Virus record (IMG/VR): IMGVR_UViG_3300009481_000003
Length of the DNA: 36,770 nt
Source of the DNA: a virus
Direction: 5' to 3' (one strand)
Below the pieces are notes generated by a model, which was not told the origin of the DNA, searched no databases, and was given only the letters and a program-made list of their open reading frames with translations. A program made the translations under genes and the position numbers. This document shows, in pieces, positions 1 through 9,295 of the stretch (position 1 is the first letter of the stretch; every line of letters begins with the position of its first letter).

Positions 1-123
1 CCCCAGACATTAACAGCAACGCCAGTAGCGGACGCTTGAGCAACAACATTGTCATCACTATCCAATACTAAGCCCGAGAATTGCACGAAGCTATTAGCTG
101 CTAGCTCGTAATCATAGATTAAA
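1..123. repeat. Terminal direct repeat, copy 1 (identical to 36648..36770); assembly overlap of a circular molecule
   Basis: CCCCAGACATTAACAGCAACGCC...ATCATAGATTAAA is found at both window ends, read by eye base for base. Confidence 0.9.
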
Positions 124-293
124 TAATCTTCGTTAGCTAATGCTGCGACAAGCCCATCTACTATTGCCAGCCGAACGGTCACTGAAGTACTATTACGATT
201 AGATAATTGCACCCCTGCGACTGCTCGATTATTTGTTGGCACTTGATAGATGCTAGTATCCGTTGTTGCTGCTAAATCTGCACGTCCTAACAT
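1..293 (-). CDS. Hypothetical small fibre-module protein, N-terminal part; the ORF crosses the circular junction (104 aa in total with 36626..36647)
   Basis: ATG at 293 (MLGRADLAATTDTSIYQVPTNNRAVAGVQLSNRNSTSVTVRLAIVDG...). The frame is open to base 1, continues through the repeat copy and stops at TAA 36626..36628, abutting the ATG of the Gly-rich gene. Confidence 0.6.
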   Translation of the reverse strand, partial: MLGRADLAATTDTSIYQVPTNNRAVAGVQLSNRNSTSVTVRLAIVDGLVAALANEDYLIYDYELAANSFVQFSGLVLDSDDNVVAQASATGVAVNVW

Positions 294-299
294 TGTTTA

Positions 300-641
300 T
301 TATCCTGTTTGGCTGGCATAATAATTCCAGTAATAAAAATCCTTAAACTGTGACACATCAATATTTGTAACATCGTCCCAGCCCGCAGTTACTATAGCTG
401 CATCAACTAAAGACTGGATATCTTGAGCGTTTATCGCCGCAGAAATTAGCGAATTCAAGGCGGTAGTTAATTGTCCATTATCTGCTTTATTTAAAGAGAT
501 AGCCGCGCCATTAATCACGCCTACTATTTCTTCTTGAACAGCATTTAATATGTCGGCTGTGATAGTCGTTGCTGGCGTTACCCCTTCCACTCCTTCGGTA
601 AACATATTATTATCATGGCCTGGGCCATCTACTCGATGCAT
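300..641 (-). CDS. Short tail-fibre-like protein carrying the conserved fibre N-terminal domain
   Basis: MHRVDGPGHDNNMFTEGVEGVTPATTITADILNAVQEEIVGVI parallels the N-terminus of the 1175..1825 product (MFKIDGPGADPNNEFTEGNPASGIPATAVTAEWLNAIQRELLALL), the typical myovirus fibre attachment motif. Confidence 0.55.
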   Translation of the reverse strand: MHRVDGPGHDNNMFTEGVEGVTPATTITADILNAVQEEIVGVINGAAISLNKADNGQLTTALNSLISAAINAQDIQSLVDAAIVTAGWDDVTNIDVSQFKDFYYWNYYASQTG

Positions 642-644
642 ATT

Positions 645-1178
645 CTACCACTCCGTCATTATGTCATCGACTTCGGAAATCGTTTGCGCTATCGCTATTG
701 ATTCCCTATCTTTCCTTGATTTTTCTAATATTTCTCTTCTGATTTTAACGCCATCTTTAAATACCTGAGCAATCTCCTTTGCTGTGTGTAACACATCTGC
801 TTTTATATCAGACCCCATACTTGTACAAGGATAGGTCGTATCCTTTTTTAATACAGCCATTTGCGAGAGATTCAGCTGATCCTCTATAGTGCTGTCATAA
901 TAATGAGGTGATCCCAAAGCGTCCGATGTAAACCCAGACACCATTTTAGTTTTTGCGCTGTCTTTTATTTGTCTACATGCTAATCTTTTTGCATGCTCTA
1001 ATTCCGCAAGAGGCGATGAATTAATAAGCTCTAGCTCGCTCGGCTGTGGGCCAAGGCGGTTATTATCCCACCGTCTTATTACTTGTGCGCCGTCTACTAC
1101 ATGGACTTGATAATCTACATTTGCTTGGGCATGTGGGTGTGTGTGCGCTAATATTCTTGCTAAATTTAAGTTTATCAT
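645..1178 (-). CDS. DUF4376-like protein (fibre-associated / possible fibre assembly factor)
   Basis: The C-terminal two thirds (GFTSDALGSPHYYDSTIEDQLNLSQ...HTAKEIAQVFKDGV...IAIAQTISEVDDI) fit the DUF4376 pattern seen next to fibre genes. It lies between two fibre-like genes. Confidence 0.45.
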   Translation of the reverse strand: MINLNLARILAHTHPHAQANVDYQVHVVDGAQVIRRWDNNRLGPQPSELELINSSPLAELEHAKRLACRQIKDSAKTKMVSGFTSDALGSPHYYDSTIEDQLNLSQMAVLKKDTTYPCTSMGSDIKADVLHTAKEIAQVFKDGVKIRREILEKSRKDRESIAIAQTISEVDDIMTEW

Positions 1179-1825
1179 ATCAGTTTATTACCCCATAGTA
1201 GCGCTGCGTCAACCTCGATGTCTAATGTCGCTGTCTCTACATACGCTGTTAAATCTACATAGTCAGTTGATCCATTCATATCTATGATACCCGCGCACGT
1301 GCTGCCGTGCTGCATCATTGATGCTGCGTGTAAATCCGATCCGCCCAGCTGCATAGACCCTGCATAATCACGCGGTAGTGTGCCGCTATTTTTGCGTATA
1401 TTACACGTTGCAAATTTCCAATTCGTTCCAGCGCCTTTATTATCTCTGTAGTATACAAAACCTATATAGAGATAATTACCCATTACTGTAGGAGTATGTC
1501 TACCTGCTGCAAGGTTTATATCCGCTGCATTACCTAACTCTAGTAACGTAAACGGTATCGGTGTATGTACTTTGTCAGGTATATCGATATTACCTGATCC
1601 CGTCTCTTTGTACATTCTAAACGCTCGACCGCCTAATACTGATAATAACTGTGCATCATCTAACTTGTCCGGCGTTACATTGGCATTAGCTAATAAAGCC
1701 AACAATTCGCGCTGTATTGCATTTAGCCACTCTGCTGTTACCGCTGTTGCGGGTATTCCGCTAGCCGGATTTCCCTCCGTAAATTCATTGTTTGGATCCG
1801 CCCCTGGGCCGTCGATTTTAAACAT
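1175..1825 (-). CDS. Tail fibre protein, N-terminal attachment motif plus compact beta-rich C-terminal domain (possibly C1q/TNF-like)
   Basis: N-terminal fibre motif as above. The C-terminal segment PIPFTLLELGNAADINLAAGRHTPTVMGNYLYIGFVYYR...IRKNSG resembles the C1q jelly-roll pattern; this is inference only. Confidence 0.6.
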   Translation of the reverse strand: MFKIDGPGADPNNEFTEGNPASGIPATAVTAEWLNAIQRELLALLANANVTPDKLDDAQLLSVLGGRAFRMYKETGSGNIDIPDKVHTPIPFTLLELGNAADINLAAGRHTPTVMGNYLYIGFVYYRDNKGAGTNWKFATCNIRKNSGTLPRDYAGSMQLGGSDLHAASMMQHGSTCAGIIDMNGSTDYVDLTAYVETATLDIEVDAALLWGNKLI

Positions 1826-1856
1826 ATTTTTTAATCTCCATAATTCTAATATTATT

Positions 1857-2648
1857 TTAATAAACTGCTAAAACGTCGCCGACTGTATCTCCTGCGACAA
1901 ATAAGTCTCGTGGTTTTTGTATGCAGCCCCAAAGTGGATCACCCGCCTTTGATACTCCTACAACAAAATGCCCCGCGCTCGGTACGACTGACCACCACAA
2001 CAATGACGTATGGGCTGGTATCAGCTCCAATATCCTGCAGCGCAATAAATCAAAAGCCAGAGTTTTAATAGCAAGCCCCGCTCTATCGCCCGCAGAAAAA
2101 CAATGGATACCCCAATTATCAGTAAATGTACGTAATTCAGTTCCCGCCTTGCTGCCCAGCGTGTCATCTGTAAAACTAGCCGCCTCAAATACACCGCTTG
2201 CTGCGCCTTGTACCTCCCACGCATGAGCATATTTTTCACCGTATGCCCTGCCGCCCGCTAAAAACCCCGCCCGCAACATTGGAAACTCATTAATTTCTAT
2301 GGCCCAGCCCAACGCCGCCGCATAATCAATATAATATTGACGACTTTGACCGCCTGCCGTTGTCAATTTTGACGCTACATTCAGCCGACGCTGTGCGACA
2401 GTATCTAAATTTGTGAGACACTTGTCAGGCAGTCCTGCAACTCGCTCCCAATCTAACAATAGCTCGTCAGCTAACCGTGGGTCTGACTCCTTAAGCAGAT
2501 CATCTGCGCGACAATCGACGCGAGACAAAACGCCTGATAAAGCTTTTAATACAGAGCCAAATATAGACCCCGATTCATACTGATACGCCACCCCCCGAGG
2601 CAGTAGCGCGGCTAGCTGTTGTGCGTAATCGCTAGCCGTTAAAGCCAT
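1857..2648 (-). CDS. Baseplate/tail protein, DUF2313 (Mu gp48 / YmfQ-like)
   Basis: MALTASDYAQQLAALLPRGVAY...LADELLLDWERVAGLP is the DUF2313 signature. The start was moved to ATG 2648; the track start 2678 is an upstream extension. It overlaps the stop of the J-like gene. Confidence 0.65.
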   Translation of the reverse strand: MALTASDYAQQLAALLPRGVAYQYESGSIFGSVLKALSGVLSRVDCRADDLLKESDPRLADELLLDWERVAGLPDKCLTNLDTVAQRRLNVASKLTTAGGQSRQYYIDYAAALGWAIEINEFPMLRAGFLAGGRAYGEKYAHAWEVQGAASGVFEAASFTDDTLGSKAGTELRTFTDNWGIHCFSAGDRAGLAIKTLAFDLLRCRILELIPAHTSLLWWSVVPSAGHFVVGVSKAGDPLWGCIQKPRDLFVAGDTVGDVLAVY

Positions 2649-3691
2649 GTGATAGCGCCAAATACGGGCATAGCACACACGTTATGCGGTATATCATCTA
2701 CCGGAGATACAAGCGCATTATTTTGTTCCCCAGCTGCAACAGAGATGGCTTCCCTGATATGCGAGACATAAAGCGTACCCCCTGGTCGGGCCTCTCTAAT
2801 AAACAGGTTTTTTAACTCTTGTTCAACCGCCGCGCGAACCGCCGAGGTATCCGGATCTACCTGAATACGGAAAGAAACATACTCCGCAACTGGTGCAAAC
2901 ACTGATACATCAGCCGTGACAGGTCGCTGTGTATCAATATGCGCTTGTACTGCAGCTACCTCTTGAGTAGATGGGATAACATTATCCTCCCCCACGACAA
3001 ATGTTAGCCCCACTGTTCCGGTGCCGTACCAGCGGGGGAATACATACACGTCACTAACACCCGTGACCTCTTTAGCCCACGCGATATAGTCATGTTTCGC
3101 GCCGCCATGGGGTGGTGCTTGTATACGAGATAAAAGCCGAGCTCTTAAGCTGTCATCATTTTCGACATCAAAGCCTGCGGCGATTCCTAGCGCCGCTACT
3201 ATGGCCGTCGAATTGACGTTAGGAATTGGCGCGGATATACTCAAGCTTACCCCTTTTTGACTATTCGCCAACTCGCCCGCTACTACCGCCTGTATTTGTA
3301 CATCAATGGTGCCGATGGCGGGTATTATAGCTGCCTCTAATGTTGTGTATTTTTGGCCGTCACTTCGCGCTAGCTCTGTGCCTATGGGTATCGCGGTATT
3401 TTCAATTCCAGTAAATGTGATATTGCCTGTGGCCTGAGTTGCAGGGTTACGATTAATACCCCAAATATCCGACCATCGCGCTAAGTTGTCAGAGTCCGCA
3501 CTATCGGGCATTAGCTGTTTTGATAGCCAGTCAAGATATCCATATAATCCATGCGCAGCGCCCGCCTGGGATCGAGCCATTACGCCCATATTTGAGCGCC
3601 TTAACAGCGCATCACTGCCGGGCAAATACGCCGAGAAATCGCCGCTAATCCGGTCGATAATTGTTTGCAGGGTAGGGCGTTCAAAGGACAT
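2639..3691 (-). CDS. Baseplate J-like protein (Mu gp47 / P2 gpJ family)
   Basis: About 350 aa, with family pattern and position between gp46-like and gp48-like genes. Likely start is ATG 3691 (MSFERPTLQTIIDRI). Confidence 0.8.
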   Translation of the reverse strand: MSFERPTLQTIIDRISGDFSAYLPGSDALLRRSNMGVMARSQAGAAHGLYGYLDWLSKQLMPDSADSDNLARWSDIWGINRNPATQATGNITFTGIENTAIPIGTELARSDGQKYTTLEAAIIPAIGTIDVQIQAVVAGELANSQKGVSLSISAPIPNVNSTAIVAALGIAAGFDVENDDSLRARLLSRIQAPPHGGAKHDYIAWAKEVTGVSDVYVFPRWYGTGTVGLTFVVGEDNVIPSTQEVAAVQAHIDTQRPVTADVSVFAPVAEYVSFRIQVDPDTSAVRAAVEQELKNLFIREARPGGTLYVSHIREAISVAAGEQNNALVSPVDDIPHNVCAMPVFGAITWL

Positions 3692-4232
3692 AAGCCACGC
3701 CCCTATTCCAAACATAAGCAAACCGTACTACCTGCAGGGTTCGATCTGCTTGATGTACTTCTATCGTTAAATTCATTTTTCCAAGCTCCGAATATTTGGC
3801 CGCGACATCTACTGATGATGCGATACCGTCATCGATTAACCATTCGAGAGATTCCCGCGCATATTCAACCGCCCGGCCTAACACATCTTGCGTTGCCTTT
3901 TCTCGCCGCAACAACCATAAGCGCGAGCCGATTAAATCATTGTTTATCTCTAAATACTGATCAGCCCACCAGCCCCGACGATCACTGCCGCCGCCGATAT
4001 CATCATCTACTTCTGCGAGTCGATCCGTAAACAAACTAATAAATAATGCTGTCTCTAGGCCGTTATCTGCTACTAGATCACCGCTGTAGACCGCTACTGT
4101 TTGCCATTCCGCAAGGATATCTCCTGCTGTCGCCATCCCTACCTGAGCTCGACTTAATGCCGTTTCCGTGCCAGTCGTTTCTAGATCCCAGTCCATGACG
4201 TAATCACTAAAACACGTCCTGACGTCAGTCAT
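3681..4232 (-). CDS. Baseplate protein, GP46 family (Mu gp46-like)
   Basis: GLETALFISLFTDRLA...DRRGWWADQY...IGSRLWLLRREKAT...ESLEWLIDDG is the GP46 signature. ATGA overlap with the upstream V gene. Confidence 0.75.
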   Translation of the reverse strand: MTDVRTCFSDYVMDWDLETTGTETALSRAQVGMATAGDILAEWQTVAVYSGDLVADNGLETALFISLFTDRLAEVDDDIGGGSDRRGWWADQYLEINNDLIGSRLWLLRREKATQDVLGRAVEYARESLEWLIDDGIASSVDVAAKYSELGKMNLTIEVHQADRTLQVVRFAYVWNRGVAYVL

Positions 4233-4714
4233 TGCGGCTTGCCATTTTGATCATGAGTATGTGTTTTTAAGCTGATGTCCCCGGCTTTAATATCGCCATC
4301 TGGCACATAGACCAAAGGGCTTAAAACTGTGACCGATTTTTTAGCAGTAACTTCGATATTGCCCCCGCGCTTAATATGTATGATGTCGCCCTCGTCTGTG
4401 TACAATGCGACTTCGCCAGGCAATAAACCCCTTAACCTATGTCTACGATCATCCACTGCTATCGCTACGCTATGACTGCGATGGCCTCCAACACTTAAGG
4501 AGATACATTCCGCGCCCGGCAGTGGATTGCTAGTAAGCCCGTAATTTTGGATGCGCTCGACTCCGTCTAAGGTCTCATCAGATAATAGCGTGACCTGTAC
4601 CCCTTGCATTTTGAGCGCATCATCAACTACTCGCACGACGCCCCGCGATATCATCAACATGATTTTACGACGTAATGGCTCTAATATTTTGTTGATTACG
4701 CGTTGTTGTGTCAT
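4229..4714 (-). CDS. Baseplate assembly protein V / central spike base (Mu gp45-like)
   Basis: GVQVTLLSDETLDGVERIQNYGLTSNPLPGAE...GGHRSHSVAIAVDDRRHR...GEVALYTDEGD...SLKTHTH fits the gpV family pattern. Confidence 0.8.
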   Translation of the reverse strand: MTQQRVINKILEPLRRKIMLMISRGVVRVVDDALKMQGVQVTLLSDETLDGVERIQNYGLTSNPLPGAECISLSVGGHRSHSVAIAVDDRRHRLRGLLPGEVALYTDEGDIIHIKRGGNIEVTAKKSVTVLSPLVYVPDGDIKAGDISLKTHTHDQNGKPQ

Positions 4715-4717
4715 TCG

Positions 4718-5776
4718 CTACCCGCCAAAATCCCACTGTATTGATGAGTCCGCTTGATTTCCTGGCCGCTGTCTGCGCGGCTGCACTGGCTCTGCGCTAA
4801 ATGCCTCATGGGGCACGAGCTCTAATGTAGTGACCATGCCGCCGCCACTCGATAGACTATAAGTTACTGTGCTGATCAACAAATCACTGTCGATGCCGAT
4901 TAAGTCATCCTGCACCCTTACCCGTGTGTTGGGAGCCCATAGCCCTTCCCGATGAGTCCAGCCTGCTACGCTATAAGTAAACGCTTGAGACCGCCCCCAA
5001 CGTATGTTCTGCTCCCACTGTGCGCGTTCTAGACACGCCGCTTCGGTTGCCTGGTCTTCCGCCAATACTATTCTTGGCCGATATCTTGGTACTTGAGCAT
5101 CCTCTACATGTCCGCTTGGGTGGGCTGCTATTTCTGCGGCTGTATCGTCACTCCCGCGCCCTTGGCCTTTTACAGTGTAAAGACTAAACCGATCTGTACC
5201 CACAAAATTGGCCGAGCCTGTTTTGATGTTTACGCCCCGCTTCAATATCATAGGGACTCGTTGATTTCTGGCCCGCGTTAATACCAAATTTCCGAGCGAG
5301 TTATCTGTTAATAAAACACCACGCAACGCCGCCAGCTTTTCGAGCACCTCAAATATTCTCGCGCCTTCGTCTGGTTTCCATTCGCTAAAAACCGGATCAT
5401 CTAATAGATACGACAAAACGCTGACCCCTTGAGGCTCACAGAGTGATTCACATATCTGTTCTAAACATTGATTTTTAAACGCCCTGGACAAACAAGAACA
5501 ATCTACTAAGTCGCCCGTTTTTGACCGCCCAGTGATCTGTACGCTATGTTGCAGTGCGTCATAAGATACAGACGTACTATCAACATAGCCGGTTATTATT
5601 TTGACTCCGTTATATTGCAGGATACAGCTATCAAACGGCCTGATGTTTACTTTTTGATTGCGCCATTTGTCAGTGACAGACAGGCGAAATGTAGACGCTA
5701 CTTGACGTAATCCACGCGTTATATCTACCGTTGTCCAACCGTTATATATGCGCCCGTTAATCCTAAGCTCTAGCAT
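4718..5776 (-). CDS. Baseplate hub / late control D family tail protein (Mu gp44, P2 gpD-like)
   Basis: 352 aa. Size, N-terminal pattern (LRINGRIYNGWTTVDITRGLRQVASTFRLSVTDKW) and position upstream of gpV. Confidence 0.7.
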   Translation of the reverse strand: MLELRINGRIYNGWTTVDITRGLRQVASTFRLSVTDKWRNQKVNIRPFDSCILQYNGVKIITGYVDSTSVSYDALQHSVQITGRSKTGDLVDCSCLSRAFKNQCLEQICESLCEPQGVSVLSYLLDDPVFSEWKPDEGARIFEVLEKLAALRGVLLTDNSLGNLVLTRARNQRVPMILKRGVNIKTGSANFVGTDRFSLYTVKGQGRGSDDTAAEIAAHPSGHVEDAQVPRYRPRIVLAEDQATEAACLERAQWEQNIRWGRSQAFTYSVAGWTHREGLWAPNTRVRVQDDLIGIDSDLLISTVTYSLSSGGGMVTTLELVPHEAFSAEPVQPRRQRPGNQADSSIQWDFGG

Positions 5777-5778
5777 AC

Positions 5779-6105
5779 TTACGCTGCTATGTACTCAATC
5801 CGCCGACCGCCAGCTATGAATCCTGGGTGTGATATATTGTTTTGTATATTAATTTCTTCGTCACGTGATGCGTCAATATAGAGTCTATGAGCAAGTACTA
5901 AGCTCGGCACTGTATCATTAGTTGTATAACTAATAACGCTCGGCAGGTCAGCAATGCGTTGATTAATGTCAACTACGAATGCAGATTGCACAGATCTAAG
6001 CGCTGCATATGTATTATCCGGCACTTTATGTAACAATCCGTCTATTAGACGGGTTATCTCATCTCTAAAGGATAAAGCTTCATCTGTTGTATTTATTATT
6101 TGCAT
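5779..6105 (-). CDS. Tail protein X-like (LysM-like C-terminus)
   Basis: VPSLVLAHRLYIDASRDEEINIQNNISHPGFIAGGRRIEY resembles the LysM-type motif of P2 gpX and the C-terminus of Mu gp43. Confidence 0.45.
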   Translation of the reverse strand: MQIINTTDEALSFRDEITRLIDGLLHKVPDNTYAALRSVQSAFVVDINQRIADLPSVISYTTNDTVPSLVLAHRLYIDASRDEEINIQNNISHPGFIAGGRRIEYIAA

Positions 6106-6111
6106 ATATAA

Positions 6112-6927
6112 TTATTGACTTACTAATACGCGAGCTGTTTCCAATACAGATACCCCTTCAACTAAGTTTGATATCGACCTGCGATTGACTGCTTGCGCTA
6201 TGCGCGTTGGTGTATTTTCTTTCAAAATTGTCACGCTCGCGCCGAAATTATGGAGTTTCCGCAGGCCCGGAACATCGCCTACTTCGCCAATTAAGCCGCT
6301 TATCCCGGTAGCCAATCCCAGCGGATCGCCTAAAGCGTTGGACGCGTTTGACTTAAAATTTTTGACAGTCGCCACAGTCGCCCCCGCGATCTGTACAGCA
6401 TCAAGCGCCTGATTGACTGCATCGAGCGAGTCCAAACCTACCGCTGAACTCAAGCTATCCACCCCAAACGCCGCCGAGAAATCACCCAAAACAGTACCGA
6501 GTGCTGCATTAATTTGTTGCTCTAAAAATGAGCCGCTATCTAATATATCACTCGGCTGATCATTGGTTCCAGCTTCTACAAAATCAACCGTAAATGCGGC
6601 CATCCCGCCCTTTTGATTTGATTCTGCAACACGGCAAGAGGTTATGTTTACACGTAAACTACCCCACAAAGGATGAACTAATGTGCCTGGGCCAACCGCC
6701 TCAAGCGCATTAATCAACAAGTTACGCTGGCCTATATAATCTGGGCCAATCACAAAGCATTCAAAACTATATGTACGCGCTAGTTTTCCCAAATCCTCGC
6801 TATAAGGCTGTTCGCGCCCTGGATATTCGTGGGTGACGACCCGCCGCCCGATGGTGCCCTCCATCGCTGCCGTGAAAAAAGCCGCATTGCGAAATTTACC
6901 AGGCCGCAATTCATCACGCCAGCCCAT
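6112..6927 (-). CDS. DNA circulation protein, N-terminal domain type (Mu gp43/N-like)
   Basis: MGWRDELRPGKFRNAAFF...GRRVVTHEYPGREQPYSEDLGKLARTY...GPGTLVHPLWG is the DNA-circulation N-domain signature. Confidence 0.75.
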   Translation of the reverse strand: MGWRDELRPGKFRNAAFFTAAMEGTIGRRVVTHEYPGREQPYSEDLGKLARTYSFECFVIGPDYIGQRNLLINALEAVGPGTLVHPLWGSLRVNITSCRVAESNQKGGMAAFTVDFVEAGTNDQPSDILDSGSFLEQQINAALGTVLGDFSAAFGVDSLSSAVGLDSLDAVNQALDAVQIAGATVATVKNFKSNASNALGDPLGLATGISGLIGEVGDVPGLRKLHNFGASVTILKENTPTRIAQAVNRRSISNLVEGVSVLETARVLVSQ

Positions 6928-6929
6928 GC

Positions 6930-8540
6930 TTAAATCGCCAGCGCGTACCCCGCATCGATGTCCAAATCGACAGCAGGATTATTATTATTAACATCTGTTT
7001 TTTTAATGCGGCCCTCAGAGTCTATCTGTACTGTAATCCGCCCACCTACATCTGTTTTTTGTGCTCCGTTTTGTTGTTGCTTGAACTCGTTTAAAAACCG
7101 TGTTTTTGATGCCGTCGATTGCGCGGCGGGTGATGATGACGCGCCGCCGGAAGCCGGAGCTGCGCCGCCGAGTAACCGGCCTATACCACTTAATGCGCCA
7201 AAGCCTTTAGCGATCCTCGCGCCTATATTCAATAGCGGCTCAAACAATACCATTACGTTATCTATAAATTTGCTAAAAACACCTTTTACTTGGTCTGTAA
7301 CTGGTTTCACAAACGCCAAAAACTCTTTAAATTTATTGATGCCCGTCTCTATCGTGTCCGATACTGCCAGCACCATTTTAGGATATAAATTAATCAATGA
7401 TTTAAAACCTCCGATTAATTGATAGACAGCTATGCCAATCGCGACGACTCCCGCAGCAAACAGACCCACGGGCGTAGCCACCAAGAAGGTACCAAACGTG
7501 ACGATAGCGCCGCCCAGCCCTACCAGGGCTGCAAGCAATGGCCCCGCAAGTATCGCAGCTAGACCAATCGCAAGCGTTTTAAAGCCGCCGATTGAATCTA
7601 ATAAGCTGCTGATTTTTGGTACTATAATCTTAAATTGTGTAGCAAGATCACGGACACCCTGAGCCATACTTTTTGCAAACTCTTTTAATTTTTCTTGCCC
7701 GCCCGTCTGTTTGCTTAAAAGTAGCCACTCCCTAAACTCAATTAGCAAGCCTGATAACTCAGGTATTAATGCAGTGCCTAACGTAAATCCTACGGCTTTA
7801 AAAAGTGAGCCTATATTTGTCATTTCGTCTTTGAATTTTGCAGAATCTCGCAGCACATCGCCGCTAATGACCGCGCCGTATTTGTGCGCTTCTTTGCGCA
7901 AGTTTGCTATTTCTTTGCTTCCTTGTGCGGTGATTTTTACTAGCTGACGACCCGCCTCAGAAAACGCTTTATCCCCCAGTAATATTTGTTGTTGTTGGCT
8001 TTTTAAACCCGACATGCCTTTAATCAGTGCGGCATATGCATCCTCATTGTTTTTTATTGCTAATATTTGTTCAAGAAATGCAGGGTTCACTTTTTTTAGC
8101 AACCCGAAAAGCTCACCTGTCCCGTTTCTGGCCTCTGACAATCTTTTTGTAAACGCCTGGAACGATTTATCAAGCGTTGCCTGAGCTACTCCAGACCGCT
8201 CTGCTACAAAGCGCCACTCTTGCAGGGCATCCGTCGTGATACCAAAATTAGTAGCAGTTTTTAATACCTCGTCGCCTGTTGTCGCTAAGCTTTTTATGGC
8301 CGCGAACGCCCCGCCAGCAACACCTGTTAGGCCCGCTCCAAGCAGCCCTAACTGCCGCCTTACTCCGCCTAGACCATTTCGTAATGCCTTAAATCCTGAG
8401 ACTCGATCCAAGGCTCTAAGCTGGTTATTAATCCTTGTTATTGGCCCCGTCAGATTTCTAAAACTTTTATTGATGCCTCGAAGTTTTGTAGTGCTCTTAT
8501 CAGCAACACTAATAACTGCTCTTAATTTAGCATCAGCCAT
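6930..8540 (-). CDS. Tail tape measure protein
   Basis: 536 aa, helical, Ala/Gly/Leu-rich, with a hydrophobic central segment. It lies directly after the chaperone frameshift pair. Confidence 0.8.
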   Translation of the reverse strand: MADAKLRAVISVADKSTTKLRGINKSFRNLTGPITRINNQLRALDRVSGFKALRNGLGGVRRQLGLLGAGLTGVAGGAFAAIKSLATTGDEVLKTATNFGITTDALQEWRFVAERSGVAQATLDKSFQAFTKRLSEARNGTGELFGLLKKVNPAFLEQILAIKNNEDAYAALIKGMSGLKSQQQQILLGDKAFSEAGRQLVKITAQGSKEIANLRKEAHKYGAVISGDVLRDSAKFKDEMTNIGSLFKAVGFTLGTALIPELSGLLIEFREWLLLSKQTGGQEKLKEFAKSMAQGVRDLATQFKIIVPKISSLLDSIGGFKTLAIGLAAILAGPLLAALVGLGGAIVTFGTFLVATPVGLFAAGVVAIGIAVYQLIGGFKSLINLYPKMVLAVSDTIETGINKFKEFLAFVKPVTDQVKGVFSKFIDNVMVLFEPLLNIGARIAKGFGALSGIGRLLGGAAPASGGASSSPAAQSTASKTRFLNEFKQQQNGAQKTDVGGRITVQIDSEGRIKKTDVNNNNPAVDLDIDAGYALAI

Positions 8541-8945
8541 TTTCGCTTAATTCCCTAGAGATTCTAATAGATTGTTTTTCATACAATTCTAACTCGTTTA
8601 TATCCATTGCTCTGATATCTGAACGGCTCATTTTCCAGCAATACCCAACGTCAAAATATCTTTCTATCAGTTCGCTGAATCGGTTTCGCCTAAAAAACTT
8701 GCCACCTCTAATGCTATCTTTTGTAGATCATTTGGCGATATTTCGCGCACCGCTGAACTAGGTATTTTACCCAACCGAACAATGTATTTTGCAATAACAT
8801 CCATTCGAAAATAAAACGATTCATCAGAATTAATATTAAGCGGGTGCCCTATGTCTATAAAATCCCCGCCTGTGGGCTCGCGTAAGGTTATGCTGTCAAT
8901 AGTCTCGCCGTGAGCTGTTATAGGCTGACTTAGCTTGATTTCCAT
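8533..8945 (-). CDS. Tail assembly chaperone, -1 frameshift fusion product (gpE+E' / G-GT analogue)
   Basis: The 0 frame reads GCA AGT TTT TTA GGC. Slipping on T_TTT_TTA into the -1 frame gives 52 further sense codons (RRNRFSELIERYFDVGYCWKMSRSDIRAMDINELELYEKQSIRISRELSENG) ending at TGA 8533..8535, which overlaps the TMP ATG at 8540. I checked this codon by codon. Confidence 0.65.
8667..8945 (-). CDS. Tail assembly chaperone (P2 gpE / Mu gp41-type), 0-frame product
   Basis: 92 aa between the tube and TMP genes. Contains an in-frame slippery heptamer near its 3' end. Confidence 0.7.
   Translation of the reverse strand: MEIKLSQPITAHGETIDSITLREPTGGDFIDIGHPLNINSDESFYFRMDVIAKYIVRLGKIPSSAVREISPNDLQKIALEVASFLGETDSAN
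8691..8697 (-). promoter_or_regulatory. Slippery heptamer T_TTT_TTA for programmed -1 ribosomal frameshifting
   Basis: Canonical X_XXY_YYZ in the correct phase of the chaperone 0 frame. The otherwise unexplained 126-bp gap downstream is open in the -1 frame. Confidence 0.6.
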
Positions 8946-9295
8946 ATACCCTCCTGTCCACTAAAATTAAGCTCCACTTTTCCCTCGTCGCCACTAATAG
9001 CAGCCGGGCCCATTAAATATGCTTTAGTCAAAGTATATACCCAACTGTTTGCAAGCTCGGCAGTAATAGTTAAATCCACTCTATTACTTATTTTTTCCCG
9101 GTCGAATTCAGGGGGTAACAAAGCTGTTAACTTAATATAAGGGATTATCCTTTTTTCCGAGTAGTGCCCCGCTTGATTATCTAATGCTTCAACTGGCTCT
9201 CTCATATAAGTGTTCATCGGGCATTCAACGCCACCCTCAACCTCAAATTGAACATCGTCCGCCTTAATAAAACATATGCCTGCTATTTTTGCCAT
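8930..9295 (-). CDS. Tail tube protein (Mu-like tube family)
   Basis: 121 aa immediately downstream of the sheath gene. The pattern AGICFIKADDVQFEVEGG...ITAELANSWVYTLTKAYL...EGKVELNFSG fits the Mu-type tube family. Confidence 0.7.
   Translation of the reverse strand: MAKIAGICFIKADDVQFEVEGGVECPMNTYMREPVEALDNQAGHYSEKRIIPYIKLTALLPPEFDREKISNRVDLTITAELANSWVYTLTKAYLMGPAAISGDEGKVELNFSGQEGIWKSS

Noticed and set aside
1-123. Terminal repeat as a physical DTR, LTR or IS end
   Set aside because: The repeat is direct, lies within an ORF that reads through the junction, and is flanked by no transposition genes. An assembly overlap is the simplest explanation.
300-1825. Diversity-generating retroelement (template/variable repeat) explanation for the two fibre paralogs
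   Set aside because: There is no reverse transcriptase anywhere in the genome. Similarity is only at the protein level in the N-terminal attachment motif, not a near-identical DNA repeat.
6185-8550. Several plus-strand ORFs (75-154 aa) antisense to the DNA-circulation and tape-measure genes
   Set aside because: These are typical shadow ORFs of Ala/Gly/Leu-rich genes. They have no SDs and break the uninterrupted late operon.
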